Position numbers and translations under genes: made by a program | In this document: positions 10,927 through 20,620 of the stretch, piece by piece | How the letters are laid out: every line of letters starts with the position of its first letter | Position numbering within the stretch: position 1 is the first letter of the stretch | Assembly: GCA_963733675.1 (NCBI GenBank) | Contig: CAVTET010000003.1 | Location: 320,001 to 384,000, forward strand | Direction: 5' to 3' | DNA: 64,000 nt | Source of the DNA: an uncultured Methanosarcinaceae archaeon | GTDB taxonomy: Archaea; Halobacteriota; Methanosarcinia; Methanosarcinales; Methanosarcinaceae | The notes under the pieces: generated by a model | The model's database searches: none | Told to the model about the DNA's origin: nothing | The model's input: only the letters and a program-made list of their open reading frames with translations

Positions 10927-11817
10927 TTATTCCACCTTAAAACTATATCTTGTTTTGATATAATCCGCAATTAGGTTAATCAGGAGAGTCATGATGAAAA
11001 GCACTGATCCTACTGCAAAGAGTGCATGAAACTGGGTACTTCCTTGGGAAACTTCTCCCATTTCAAGTGCAATGGTAGCAGTCATTGTCCTCACAGAATG
11101 CAGAAAGCCCCCTGGAAAAGAAGGGATTATTGCAGCGTTTCCGGTTACCATCATAAGCGTCATAGTCTCCCCTATAGCTCTACCCAAGCCCAGCATTACT
11201 GCCGCTGAAATTCCAGAAAACGATGCAGGGATTATGACCTTATACATAGTTTGCCATCTTGTAGCTCCAAGAGCAAGTGACCCTTCCTTAATAATGCTGG
11301 GTATCGAACTGATAGCATCCTCTGAGATAGTTATAATTGTGGGAAGTGCAACAAGCCCAACCATAATAGAACCTGTAAGGGCGGTTTGTCCCGTAGGCAA
11401 GTTGAATGTATTTTGTATATAGGGGACCAGCACAACGAGTCCGAAGAATCCAAATACAACAGAAGGAATCCCTGCGAGAATCTCGATAAAGGGTTTCAGG
11501 AAATCTGCAACCTTTGGATGTGCGACCTCGGAAATGTATACTGCACAAGCGATTCCCAAAGGCACTGAAAAAATAATTGAGCCAGCAGTTACGAGAAGGG
11601 AACCAAGAAACAAAGGTAATAACCCAAACTGTTGGTGTATGGATGTCGGGTACCAAAACTTTCCTGTGAGAAAGTTCCAAATTGAAATATTTTTAAATAG
11701 AAGTAAACTGTCACTGAATATAAAATAGCACATCAGTAAAAGGACGATGACTGTAAGGGCACTGACCAAAAAGAACATTGATTCAATTACTTTTTCCTTA
11801 TGATTCCTGTTAGACAT
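10927..11817 (-). CDS. pstC: Phosphate ABC transporter permease PstC
   Basis: EILAGIPSVVFGFFG, LGRAIGETM, HALFAVG. Confidence 0.95.
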   Translation of the reverse strand: MSNRNHKEKVIESMFFLVSALTVIVLLLMCYFIFSDSLLLFKNISIWNFLTGKFWYPTSIHQQFGLLPLFLGSLLVTAGSIIFSVPLGIACAVYISEVAHPKVADFLKPFIEILAGIPSVVFGFFGLVVLVPYIQNTFNLPTGQTALTGSIMVGLVALPTIITISEDAISSIPSIIKEGSLALGATRWQTMYKVIIPASFSGISAAVMLGLGRAIGETMTLMMVTGNAAIIPSFPGGFLHSVRTMTATIALEMGEVSQGSTQFHALFAVGSVLFIMTLLINLIADYIKTRYSFKVE

Positions 11818-11929
11818 ATTTTCCTCTTGAAATAACCTCTACTTATTTACTTCTTTAGTGGATGTATCCTACTCTACTCGTCAAATATATAACTAAACTT
11901 CCATGGCATCTAGTGATTAAAAACTCTGT

Positions 11930-12580
11930 TTAGTTTAATTTGACGCGCTCAGAAGTAGCAAGATAAACTACACTTTCACAAATATTACAGCAGTGATCAG
12001 CAATCCTTTCAATGTAGCGAATCATGAAAAGTAAATATGTGGCTTTGGAAATAATATTTTTATCTTTTGCCATCATTTCTATCAACTCAACCTGAACTGT
12101 GTAAAAAAGCTTATCTACTTCATCATCTCGAGCTGCTATCTCTCTTGCGAGTTCTTGGTCACGTGTCTCGAAAGCCTTGAGGGAATTCTCAAGCATGTAT
12201 GCTGCAATATCTGCCATTTTTTTAGAATCTACAAGAGGTTTTATATGACCACCTTCGATTTTTCTGGGAATTTTTGCAATATTTATTGATAGCCCCATAA
12301 TCCTTCTGAGATCTGCTGAGATCTTGAGAGCGGATATTACAAGCCGAAGATCACTGGCTATCGGCTGCTGAAGCGCGAGTAAATCAAGGATAGAAACTTC
12401 AATTTCGTCTTCAAATTCATTCACTTTTGCTTCAAAGTCAAGTACTTTTTCAGCCATTTTGATATCTAGATCTATAACTGCCACCATCGAATCGCTGAAC
12501 ATCAATTCAACTGTCTTTCCGAATGAAAGCACCGCCTCCTTGAGCATTTCCAAATGTTTTAGGTATCTTTCTCTCGCCAT
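11930..12580 (-). CDS. phoU: Phosphate transport regulator PhoU
   Basis: QQPIASDLR, RDDEVD, ERIADH motifs. Confidence 0.95.
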   Translation of the reverse strand: MARERYLKHLEMLKEAVLSFGKTVELMFSDSMVAVIDLDIKMAEKVLDFEAKVNEFEDEIEVSILDLLALQQPIASDLRLVISALKISADLRRIMGLSINIAKIPRKIEGGHIKPLVDSKKMADIAAYMLENSLKAFETRDQELAREIAARDDEVDKLFYTVQVELIEMMAKDKNIISKATYLLFMIRYIERIADHCCNICESVVYLATSERVKLN

Positions 12581-12587
12581 TTTTTAA

Positions 12588-13385
12588 TCACCCAAACCTA
12601 CCGGTGATGTAATCCTCAGTAAGTTTTTCTCGAGGATTATGAAAAATCTTTCTGGTTTGGTCGAATTCAACCAATTCCCCCATTAAGAAAAAGCCCGTAT
12701 AGTCTGATACTCTGGCTGCTTGTTGCATATTATGAGTTACAATTACTATGGTATAATCTTTTTTAAGGTCCATGATAAGCTCTTCAATCTTTGAAGTGGA
12801 AATTGGATCAAGAGCGCTGCATGGTTCATCTAAAAGAATAATTGTGGGCCTTACTGCTAGAGTCCTGGCTATGCAGAGTCTCTGCTGCTGCCCTCCACTT
12901 AGGGAAAAAGCAGGAGACTTGAGCCTTGATGATGTTTCCTCCCAGAGTGCAGCTGACTGAAGTGAACTCTCGACAAGACTATTTATATCTTTTTTAGTTA
13001 CACCATGGATACGCGGACCATATGCGATATTATCATAAATAGACATTGGAAAGGGGTTTGGTTTTTGGAAAACCATTCCTACCTTTTTCCGGAGGTCAAC
13101 AACATCCACGCCTTTTCCGTAGATATTTTTGCTTTCAATCAGAATTTTTCCTTCAACTTTGCAGTTTTTGATAAGATCATTCATTCTGTTTAAGCAACGT
13201 AGGAAAGTGGACTTTCCGCAACCTGAAGGACCTATAAGAGCTGTTACACTGTTTTTAGTTATCTGCATGGAGATATTCTTAAGAGCCTGTTTTTCTCCAT
13301 ACCATAAATTGAGGTTTTCTATTATTATATGGGATTGAGATATGTTTTGGGGTTGAGTTGATACATTTAATAACGTTTCAGTCAT
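12588..13385 (-). CDS. pstB: Phosphate ABC transporter ATPase PstB
   Basis: [44 protein letters not shown]. Confidence 0.97.
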   Translation of the reverse strand: MTETLLNVSTQPQNISQSHIIIENLNLWYGEKQALKNISMQITKNSVTALIGPSGCGKSTFLRCLNRMNDLIKNCKVEGKILIESKNIYGKGVDVVDLRKKVGMVFQKPNPFPMSIYDNIAYGPRIHGVTKKDINSLVESSLQSAALWEETSSRLKSPAFSLSGGQQQRLCIARTLAVRPTIILLDEPCSALDPISTSKIEELIMDLKKDYTIVIVTHNMQQAARVSDYTGFFLMGELVEFDQTRKIFHNPREKLTEDYITGRFG

Positions 13386-13542
13386 CTAGAACCTCAGTTT
13401 CATCTATATTGTATAAAAATATGAACAAGTTTAGATATGAGTAGTGTAATTTTTCTAAATAAGGGAATGGTTCAATGAATTTGGATGAAATTTCATCGTT
13501 TTTTAAAAATTGGAGAAGAACCAGAAAAAACTAAAAAACTCT

Positions 13543-13803
13543 TTATTTATTATTTTTTAACATCTCAGTTAGCTCGCTTTTTATAAGATTCTGCAGATAC
13601 ACATGGTTATAGCACCTTTTTGTGCATCTTTCGTCCTTTAAGCACATGTTGACAAGTTTTTGATGTGTATTTTCGTCTATACATGCGATATCGAGAAGTA
13701 CAAAAACTGCGGTAATCGCTAGTTCGATTTCTTTTATTAAATCAATATCTTGTTTCACTTCTCCTGCGAATTCGTTAAGTTCAGGGTTTATGCTAAAATC
13801 CAA
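13543..13803 (-). CDS. Small hypothetical protein (86 aa)
   Basis: TTG start with GAGGAG immediately upstream; preceded by a copy of the extended promoter. Confidence 0.5.
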   Translation of the reverse strand: MDFSINPELNEFAGEVKQDIDLIKEIELAITAVFVLLDIACIDENTHQKLVNMCLKDERCTKRCYNHVYLQNLIKSELTEMLKNNK

Positions 13804-13904
13804 CTCCTCTATATTCTTAACTCCCCTTTATTTTCCGTTTGATTTCGACGCGTTTCAATCCAATATCTGAAATACAAGTTTTTATGAACTTGTCTTCATT
13901 CCAT

Positions 13905-14010
13905 TATTCTAAATTATACTTCCCTCTGATTTAGTATATATTTTCTGTATATATTCTAAATAGTACTAACTTAAACTAAATAAACTAAAATTACGTGGTT
14001 CTGACCCCAC
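13905..14010 (-). promoter_or_regulatory. Extended promoter, minus-strand copy
   Basis: Reverse complement reads GGGGTCAGAA...GTTTATTTAGTTTAAGTTAGTACTATTTAGAATATATACAGAAAATATATACTAAATC, closely matching 5140-5200; box start 13985 to TATA start 13940 = 45 bp. Confidence 0.7.
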
Positions 14011-14287
14011 AAACTATGACAGTGACAATAAATAACTGAAGCATTGTGGTTATCAAACGACATTGAATGTCACAAATAGTCGTGTGGAATATATAAGGAA
14101 AATTATAAAACAATAAAGTTATTCATTCTAAACTATAGCACGTTGAAAATACTGACTTTGACAAAATGCTTAAATATTATTATGACGATTATGTATATAG
14201 AAACTAAACAAAAGCTATATGATTTTTCAAAAGTATTTATATTATGAAAAAAATATGAATCAGATTGAGCATGGGGCAATAACCAGA

Positions 14288-15688
14288 ATGCTACTCACCT
14301 ATAAAATAAAGCATAATCGGGATTTTTCGGAGGAACTCCAAAAAGCTCGACAGGTTGTTGAATTTTGTATCAAACATAGGATTCAAAATCGAAATCTTGA
14401 TTCACTTCCCACTCCAGAATCTGTTTCTTATGATTATAATTTTCCTGTTTCTCCTTTCCATTCAAAGCAATTGGGAAATTATGAGAAAAATCTGAAGAAG
14501 AGGCAGAGAAATAGGACGAAAGTAAATTCTCTGTCTGTATCTAATTTATTTCCAATGTCTGATTTTCTTTATCCCGGAGATGTTAAGCACATAGGCTTGA
14601 AGTCAACGATTTCCAGCCCGATTCTTAGGAAATATTCCCGAAACCAGGACCTCAAATCCGTTAAGAATGTGAAATTAATCATCCCTTCGAAAGCTGTTAG
14701 TGTATTAAAGAAGGAGAAAACTCTCATAATCCCTTGCCTGAAACTTCTACTTAACTATCATTTTTCCAATAATTTTAACAAAATCTCCCAGATTGAAATA
14801 GATAACATCTATGCTTATGTGGCAGTTGTCTTTCCAAACGAAGAACCCAAAAGTTCCGAGCACCACATAGGAGTTGATCTCAATACCAGAGGACATATTG
14901 CTGTTGTAGCAGATCCAGAGTCGGGTAAAGTTTGGAAATTAGGGAAAATGCGCTACCATATACATAAAAAATACGAGAATATAAAAAAGAGACTCTATGA
15001 TATGGGCAAATACAAACAACTAAAAGCTGTAAGAAATAGGGAAAAAAATATTGTAAATAATCTAAATCATAAAATTAGCAGAAAGATTGTGAATGTTGCC
15101 CTGTATAATGGGTGTGGAATCAAACTCGAAAATTTAAATGGACTCCGGAAACTCAATGTCAAAATTGGAGATGCAGAAGATGGTGAGAAAAATAAACACG
15201 AAAACAAAAAAAGGGAACATAAAAGAGATAACAGCAGAAACAAAGAAATAAACGAAAAGTCTCTCAAAAACAAAAGTAAACTCCTAAAACACTTGTGTCT
15301 AGATGAATACTCCCTGAACAGCTGGTCTTTTCATCAGCTTCGTCAATTTATTGAATACAAAGCCAGGCTGCTCGGAGTAGAGGTAGCTTATATTGATCCC
15401 CATGCAACTAGTAAGAAGTGTAGTCGCTGTGGACATACAGGCAACCGACACAGTAAACAATTTGAATGTCCACACTGTGGTCATGTTGATCATGCCGATG
15501 TCAATGCCGCCTTTAACATAGCGTTGACGCCAAAAAGCAATGGTCAATTCTCTGCAGAAAGAGATGCAGAGAAAGGGAATACTGACCCCCCTCTAAGAAT
15601 CCTGGGCCGTACAATTTTCAGTAAACGGATTGCCAGAAAAGAAACTTCTCCACAGTTTGCGTGGGAAGTATGTCAGTTTTTAGCCTAA
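14288..15688 (+). CDS. tnpB: TnpB RNA-guided endonuclease (IS200/IS605 family, no tnpA), with insertions
   Basis: RuvC-I IGVDLN, RuvC-II KLENL, CxxC...CxxC zinc finger (TSKKCSRCG, CPHCG), RuvC-III HADVNAAFNI; likely start MLLTYKIKH at 14288 (ORF open from 14219). Confidence 0.92.
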   Translation: MLLTYKIKHNRDFSEELQKARQVVEFCIKHRIQNRNLDSLPTPESVSYDYNFPVSPFHSKQLGNYEKNLKKRQRNRTKVNSLSVSNLFPMSDFLYPGDVKHIGLKSTISSPILRKYSRNQDLKSVKNVKLIIPSKAVSVLKKEKTLIIPCLKLLLNYHFSNNFNKISQIEIDNIYAYVAVVFPNEEPKSSEHHIGVDLNTRGHIAVVADPESGKVWKLGKMRYHIHKKYENIKKRLYDMGKYKQLKAVRNREKNIVNNLNHKISRKIVNVALYNGCGIKLENLNGLRKLNVKIGDAEDGEKNKHENKKREHKRDNSRNKEINEKSLKNKSKLLKHLCLDEYSLNSWSFHQLRQFIEYKARLLGVEVAYIDPHATSKKCSRCGHTGNRHSKQFECPHCGHVDHADVNAAFNIALTPKSNGQFSAERDAEKGNTDPPLRILGRTIFSKRIARKETSPQFAWEVCQFLA

Positions 15689-15771
15689 GAAGCATTTTTA
15701 GACTTTTGAACTCTAAGGAGAGCATTCTTCTTCCCCGGAGGGCATCAATCCGGTATGGTAGGGTAGTTCAC
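15640..15771 (+). mobile_element. Two successive IS200/IS605 right-end-like motifs (putative reRNA 3' ends)
   Basis: Hairpin CTTCTCCAC-AGTTTGC-GTGGGAAG followed by TATGTCAG (ends 15676); second hairpin CCGGA...TCCGG followed by GGGTAGTTCAC (ends 15771). Confidence 0.55.
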
Positions 15772-16089
15772 TATATGTGTCTGAAGATATCTGTTCTAAC
15801 ATTGACCATTGAGAACCCGTAACTTTCTGATCGTACAGAGAGATCCTGCTCATGAAGTGCAGCTGGAAACTATCAAACTAAATTCAACTCTTTTTTGCGA
15901 AATGTTTGTTTCGAATTGATGCGGTTAGTATTAATATAAATATACTGTTATATATAGTACTATTTAGCCTTACTATAGCTATTATGATAACACCTATATA
16001 TCTAAACGATTAACTAATTAGTAATTAATAATTGCTATATGTAAATCCAAAATCATATATGTCACAAAGAAATTATAAGAAAGATTTCT

Positions 16090-16743
16090 ATGCTTCAAAA
16101 TGGAAAAATTAAAGGCTTAATCTTTGATTGCTACAAAACCCTTATTGATATCAGGACCGATGAGCGAAGCTGGGAAACAAATAAAAGGGTAAGCGATTGG
16201 TTACTCTATAATGGGGTGCGTATTAGCCCTGATAGATTAAGGGAAGAATACAAGTGGAAAGTCATAGGTAGGCTGGGCAATTCGGATCAAAAGCACCCAG
16301 ATATTCGTATCGAAGAAATTTTTGCTGAGATTTGTGCTGATTATGCTTTTAGAAAAATAGATCCATATTGGCTTGGGATTGAAACCGCGAAAGCTTTCAG
16401 AACTGCGTCCTTAAGAAAACTGAATGTCTACCCCCAAAGTCTGCGTTTACTTGAAAAATACCGAAGTGTACCTAAGTGCATTGTTTCTAACGCTCAGAGA
16501 GTTTTTACGGAACAAGAACTTCGCTTTTTTAGCTTATACGACCGCTTTAATTTCACAATTATGTCTTCTGATTATTATATCAAGAAACCCGACCCCAAGC
16601 TCTTCAAGATGGCTCTTGATCGACTTGGACTTGAGCCCTGGGAAGTGCTTTCTATTGGTGATACGCCGGAAAATGATATTTATCCACCTCAAAGTCTTGG
16701 GATGAATGCAATGCTTATAAGTGATGCCTGGAAGTATGGATAA
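16090..16743 (+). CDS. HAD-superfamily hydrolase
   Basis: Motif I IFDCYKTL, motif II VSNA, KKPDP, motif IV IGDTPEND. Confidence 0.9.
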   Translation: MLQNGKIKGLIFDCYKTLIDIRTDERSWETNKRVSDWLLYNGVRISPDRLREEYKWKVIGRLGNSDQKHPDIRIEEIFAEICADYAFRKIDPYWLGIETAKAFRTASLRKLNVYPQSLRLLEKYRSVPKCIVSNAQRVFTEQELRFFSLYDRFNFTIMSSDYYIKKPDPKLFKMALDRLGLEPWEVLSIGDTPENDIYPPQSLGMNAMLISDAWKYG

Positions 16744-17269
16744 ATCCCACAAAAATGATTAATGTTTCAATAAATCATACATCAGTAAATCATTTAATTT
16801 AAAGGATTATGAGATATCTTTGATTTTTTCCTTCGTAAGAATCCTGTTTAAATTTTTTCAGATAATTTTGTTGCCAATGGACGTTTAATTTCCCCCACCC
16901 TGGTCAGTTTAGATGTATTCACATTGTGATATAAATTTTATTTAATATTTAATGAATCCACTTGAGACTATTGGTAGATATTTCTCATTTCTACATCCGA
17001 TTTCTTTTTTTAACCGTAATTTTCCTCCTCAATGTTAATTGTTGTATAATGATGGAATATTCGAGATATTATCGGTTGATGGCCGTATAAAATAATTAAT
17101 GGAATAATCGCAATTATATGAAAAAAGGAAGTGGCGTGCACATTGATTAATCCAAAAAACAAATTCAATAATTATATCTTTAGCAAATCAAACTGTTGGA
17201 AGGGACGTTCTATTCTGTAGTCATAAAAAAAGTGAAAAATTGTATTATCTAAACTTTCCAAAAAAAGAA

Positions 17270-17360
17270 AAATACGATGGATGGGCTTAGGGACTTATTT
17301 TCAACAGAGAGCGATATGAACCATTAAGCCACTTAGCCTTTAGTGAGTGGTGTAGTTCAC
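17270..17360 (+). mobile_element. Orphan IS200/IS605 right-end remnant
   Basis: AAGCCACTTAGCCTTTAGTGAGTGGTGTAGTTCAC: subterminal hairpin plus GTAGTTCAC terminus, the same terminus as 15763-15771; no transposase attached. Confidence 0.6.
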
Positions 17361-17640
17361 CTAAGGACAAGGTACTAATCAATTAGGTTATAACTATATA
17401 GAATATGTGCAAAAACTATATAAAGTATTGAATCTCTTTATAATTTAGAGGTGCTCAAGCACCTTTAAACAAACCTTCTATCGGCTGCAGGTATCTCTTC
17501 ACTTGCAGTCCACAAGATTAACTTTAGGACATTACTGTCGTTGATTATCACAAGATCTAGAAGATTTCACATAGACAGTAGTATCTAATTAAATATGCAT
17601 TTGAGGTTCAGGTAGGAAAAGTCCTGTATTCAGAAACATG
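17361..17640 (+). ncRNA. Extended promoter plus structured leader RNA, copy 5
   Basis: TACTAATCAATT 17373, TATA 17417; hairpins AGAGGTGC-TCAA-GCACCTTT, GGCTGCAGG(17483-91)/CTTGCAGTC(17502-10), TACTGTC(17533-39)/GACAGTA(17574-80); colinear with 1284-1580. Confidence 0.65.
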
Positions 17641-17715
17641 ATTATATGGCTTCTTTTAATTCCCACTTGACACAAGACAAACAAAAATTTTGGGGTAAAG
17701 AAAAGAGGTTATGGA

Positions 17716-18432
17716 ATGAATGAGATTGAAGAAGCTAACTTTAACGAAGGTAACTTTGAAAGAGCTAATCTTAAAAGAGCTAACTTTAAAGAGTATAAAC
17801 TTGAAAGATCTAATCTTATCGGAACTGACTTTATAAAAGCTAACCTTAAAGAATTCTACTTTGAAGGAGCTAACCTTAGGGAAGCTAATCTTGAAGGAGC
17901 TAATCTTGAGGGGGCCAAACTTAGAGAAACTAATCTTAAATGGTGTAACCTTAGAGGAGCTAACCTTCATAAAGCTGATCTTAGAGAAGCAAATCTCAAA
18001 GAAACTAATCTTGAAAGAGCTAACCTCATAAGGGCCAACCTTATAAAGGCTAACCTGCAAGTAGCTGATCTTGGGGAAGCTAACCTTCAAGGGGCTAATC
18101 TTAGAGAAGTTAACCTTGAAGGAGCTGACCTTAATTGGGCTATACTCAGAGGGGCTAACCTTGCAGGGGCTAACCTTGCAGGGGCTAATTTTACAGGGGC
18201 TAACCTTGAATGGGCTAACCTTATAAAGGCTAACCTTCAAAGGGCTAACCTTACATGGGCTAACCTTGAAGGAACTAACCTTGAAGGAGCTAATTTTGAA
18301 GGAGCTAACCTTAGTGGGGCTCATTATTTATCATTTGGGCAGCTTTCTAAAGTGAAAACACTTCGTAATACAAAATTAAATGGAGATATCTTCAAATCAC
18401 TAAAAGAGCAACATCCCACCCTTTTTGAATAA
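17716..18432 (+). CDS. Pentapeptide-repeat protein
   Basis: About 39 A(N/D)Lxx pentapeptides, C-terminal QLSKVKTL cap; AGAGG RBS. Confidence 0.95.
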   Translation: MNEIEEANFNEGNFERANLKRANFKEYKLERSNLIGTDFIKANLKEFYFEGANLREANLEGANLEGAKLRETNLKWCNLRGANLHKADLREANLKETNLERANLIRANLIKANLQVADLGEANLQGANLREVNLEGADLNWAILRGANLAGANLAGANFTGANLEWANLIKANLQRANLTWANLEGTNLEGANFEGANLSGAHYLSFGQLSKVKTLRNTKLNGDIFKSLKEQHPTLFE

Positions 18433-19496
18433 CCAATGTTACAGGTCTTCAAGGATCTTAATAGGTTATAAAACCCAAAACGAATATTTGAAAAAGTATT
18501 ATCGGAGCGAAAGCACATTATGGAGGATCTCTACTTACCTCTGCTTTTTTTCTTCGCAATAATCCTGTTTTAAATCTTTCGTGCTAATTTCTCTATTTAG
18601 TTCTAGTGCCTCTAATTACTAGGGTCTGCAGCATGAATGCTTAAAATGCATTATCTTGGCATGGAACTCTAGAATGTAGCTTTTTTTCTAGCTATAATCG
18701 CTATAAATTTGAATTTTACCGAAAATTATGCACACTGTCCTAAAATATATTCGAGGACTAGTTTTAAGCAATAGTTTAAATTCAGGATCCTGAGGTCACA
18801 TGACTGAGTTAAGTGGTTTATAAGATGATTAGTTTCCTCTTTTGGATTACATTAAACTAGTAATAGTTTCTTGGGTTTCCAAACATCAACAATTTGCAAA
18901 GTGTAAAAAATACTAACTGTTTGCTCACATTTTCCAAACTTTTGATTAATAAAAACTATATGCTCAAATCTACCATAGAGCCTAACGGAAGGTCGATAGT
19001 TACAATTACAAAATTACAGTAAGTACACTACTTTTAGGGTAGGCCCGATACTAATACTATTTATGATCAAACTTATCAGTAATAAGATAAATTTAATTTT
19101 TAAAACTAGATAAAAATAACATATATATTCTAGTTTTTGAATATAAGCTGAAAGGAAGAGATTCTAAGGACTTAAAGCTCCAATCTTTAGAAATTGAAAT
19201 CAAACAAACATCCCAAATTTACCTATTTTCACTTTAAAACCCATTACCGAGTCAATCAGAGTTTACAGAACTTTTGGTACACTACATAAAAAAGAGATAA
19301 AAATTAAATAGCTACTTAATAGTTATATGTAATTTATTCAATCTGTTTGCATAAAGTTCCTTTATTGTACCGAGCTTAATCTGCATTTTAGATAGTTGAA
19401 GGTTTAATGCTATTGATTTACTAGTTAAACTGTATAAGTTATATAATTCATATATTATTCATCTTTCAATTTTAGTTAGTTAGCCAGCCTTTCGAT

Positions 19497-19529
19497 GCTA
19501 TCCAGGCACGATGTCTGTGCCTGGATAGC
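19497..19529. terminator. 13-bp perfect inverted repeat downstream of the sulfatase remnant
   Basis: GCTATCCAGGCAC-gatgtct-GTGCCTGGATAGC, about 30 bp past the minus-strand stop at 19561. Confidence 0.55.
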
Positions 19530-19560
19530 CATTCAAAACCGTCAATATGAAATTTCGATC

Positions 19561-19910
19561 TCATTGTAGGGTCATGATAATACGCATCTCAGCTTCCTCG
19601 TCTCCTATCTGATGGTTGCCCACCTCCACAGTCACACTATGGATCTTGCCGGTGAACTCAAAGGGAGGCTGATAGTCAGGCGTGGCTGGTGATCTATAAA
19701 CTGATCCGCAGGTTAACCCGCCGGATAACCAAAATGAAAGCGGATTAGTCACAGGTACATCAGCTTGAGCTACTAACTTTCCGTCTATGAAGAGTTTAAC
19801 CATTCCAGATAAGCCTTTTCCACTAGCAATATCTGGCTTATCGGTTACTTCAAACTCGAAGCCGAGTTGATGTCCCCCTTCAGGAATAATTTCACTGGAG
19901 TCTACATGAA
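19561..19910 (-). pseudogene. Arylsulfatase C-terminal remnant
   Basis: GFEFEVTDKPDIASGKG...VKLFIDGKLVAQ...GLTCG...YQPPFEFTGKIHSVTV resembles the C-terminal domain of long arylsulfatases; catalytic N-terminus absent. Confidence 0.7.
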
Positions 19911-20620
19911 GATGACCAATATGTTCGGTTTCTTTCCCGTCATTTTTTCACCTTCCCTTGATAGATTGATATCCCATAACAGCACCTTGATGAGTATTAT
20001 TAAACAAACACAATTAATTACTTTTTTTGATCTGTTTATTTTCAGCCATAAAACAATTACCTTCAAGATTATCTTAAATGAATGATGATAATAATCGTTT
20101 CTGACTAAAACTTATTTCGACATAAAATTTTTTAAAGTCTAACAAAATCAAATATTAATCATATTTTTATTATTCCTGGAGATCAACACTCATTCTCTAG
20201 ATTTCACTAAAGATTTAAGTGATGTATAGGAACCTTCATTGAGATTTTCTTGTAGATAAGGCTAAATAGGGGTCAAGTCCACTCGATCTTGTAGGAAGGT
20301 TTCATAGTTCAAGAGTGGTCTTTTTGTTGAGATATTTCCTTATAATTTTTCAATTATAACCTATTTTTTGGATATTTCACTCCTGATCAACCTTGTGAAT
20401 GCAAATCTCATATCAACAGATCTTTCTCCATTTTCAGTATTATTCCTAATCTTCTAACTTTTCTCAAGGATTGAGAATTAGGGATCTTTAAACTGACGAA
20501 CTGGGATAATTTGTAACCCATTGACGTAGACTCCTAAATTAGGTCATATACTTCTAAATGGCGCGTGTATAACCCATGAAAATCAGTAGTTTATTGAGAA
20601 TCCAACGTGACATACATTTA

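Noticed and set aside
15677-15696. Targets of the first putative TnpB guide at ~25860 and ~46160 (TTTTTAGCC)
   Set aside because: Only a 9-nt AT-rich match, expected by chance.
16012-16023. AACTAATTAGTA palindrome before the HAD gene as another promoter-family copy
   Set aside because: No clear TATA at 44-46 bp on either strand and no upstream GATCAGG box at the expected distance.
17656-18324. 222-aa minus-strand ORF (KVSSF repeats)
   Set aside because: Antisense shadow of the pentapeptide-repeat gene.
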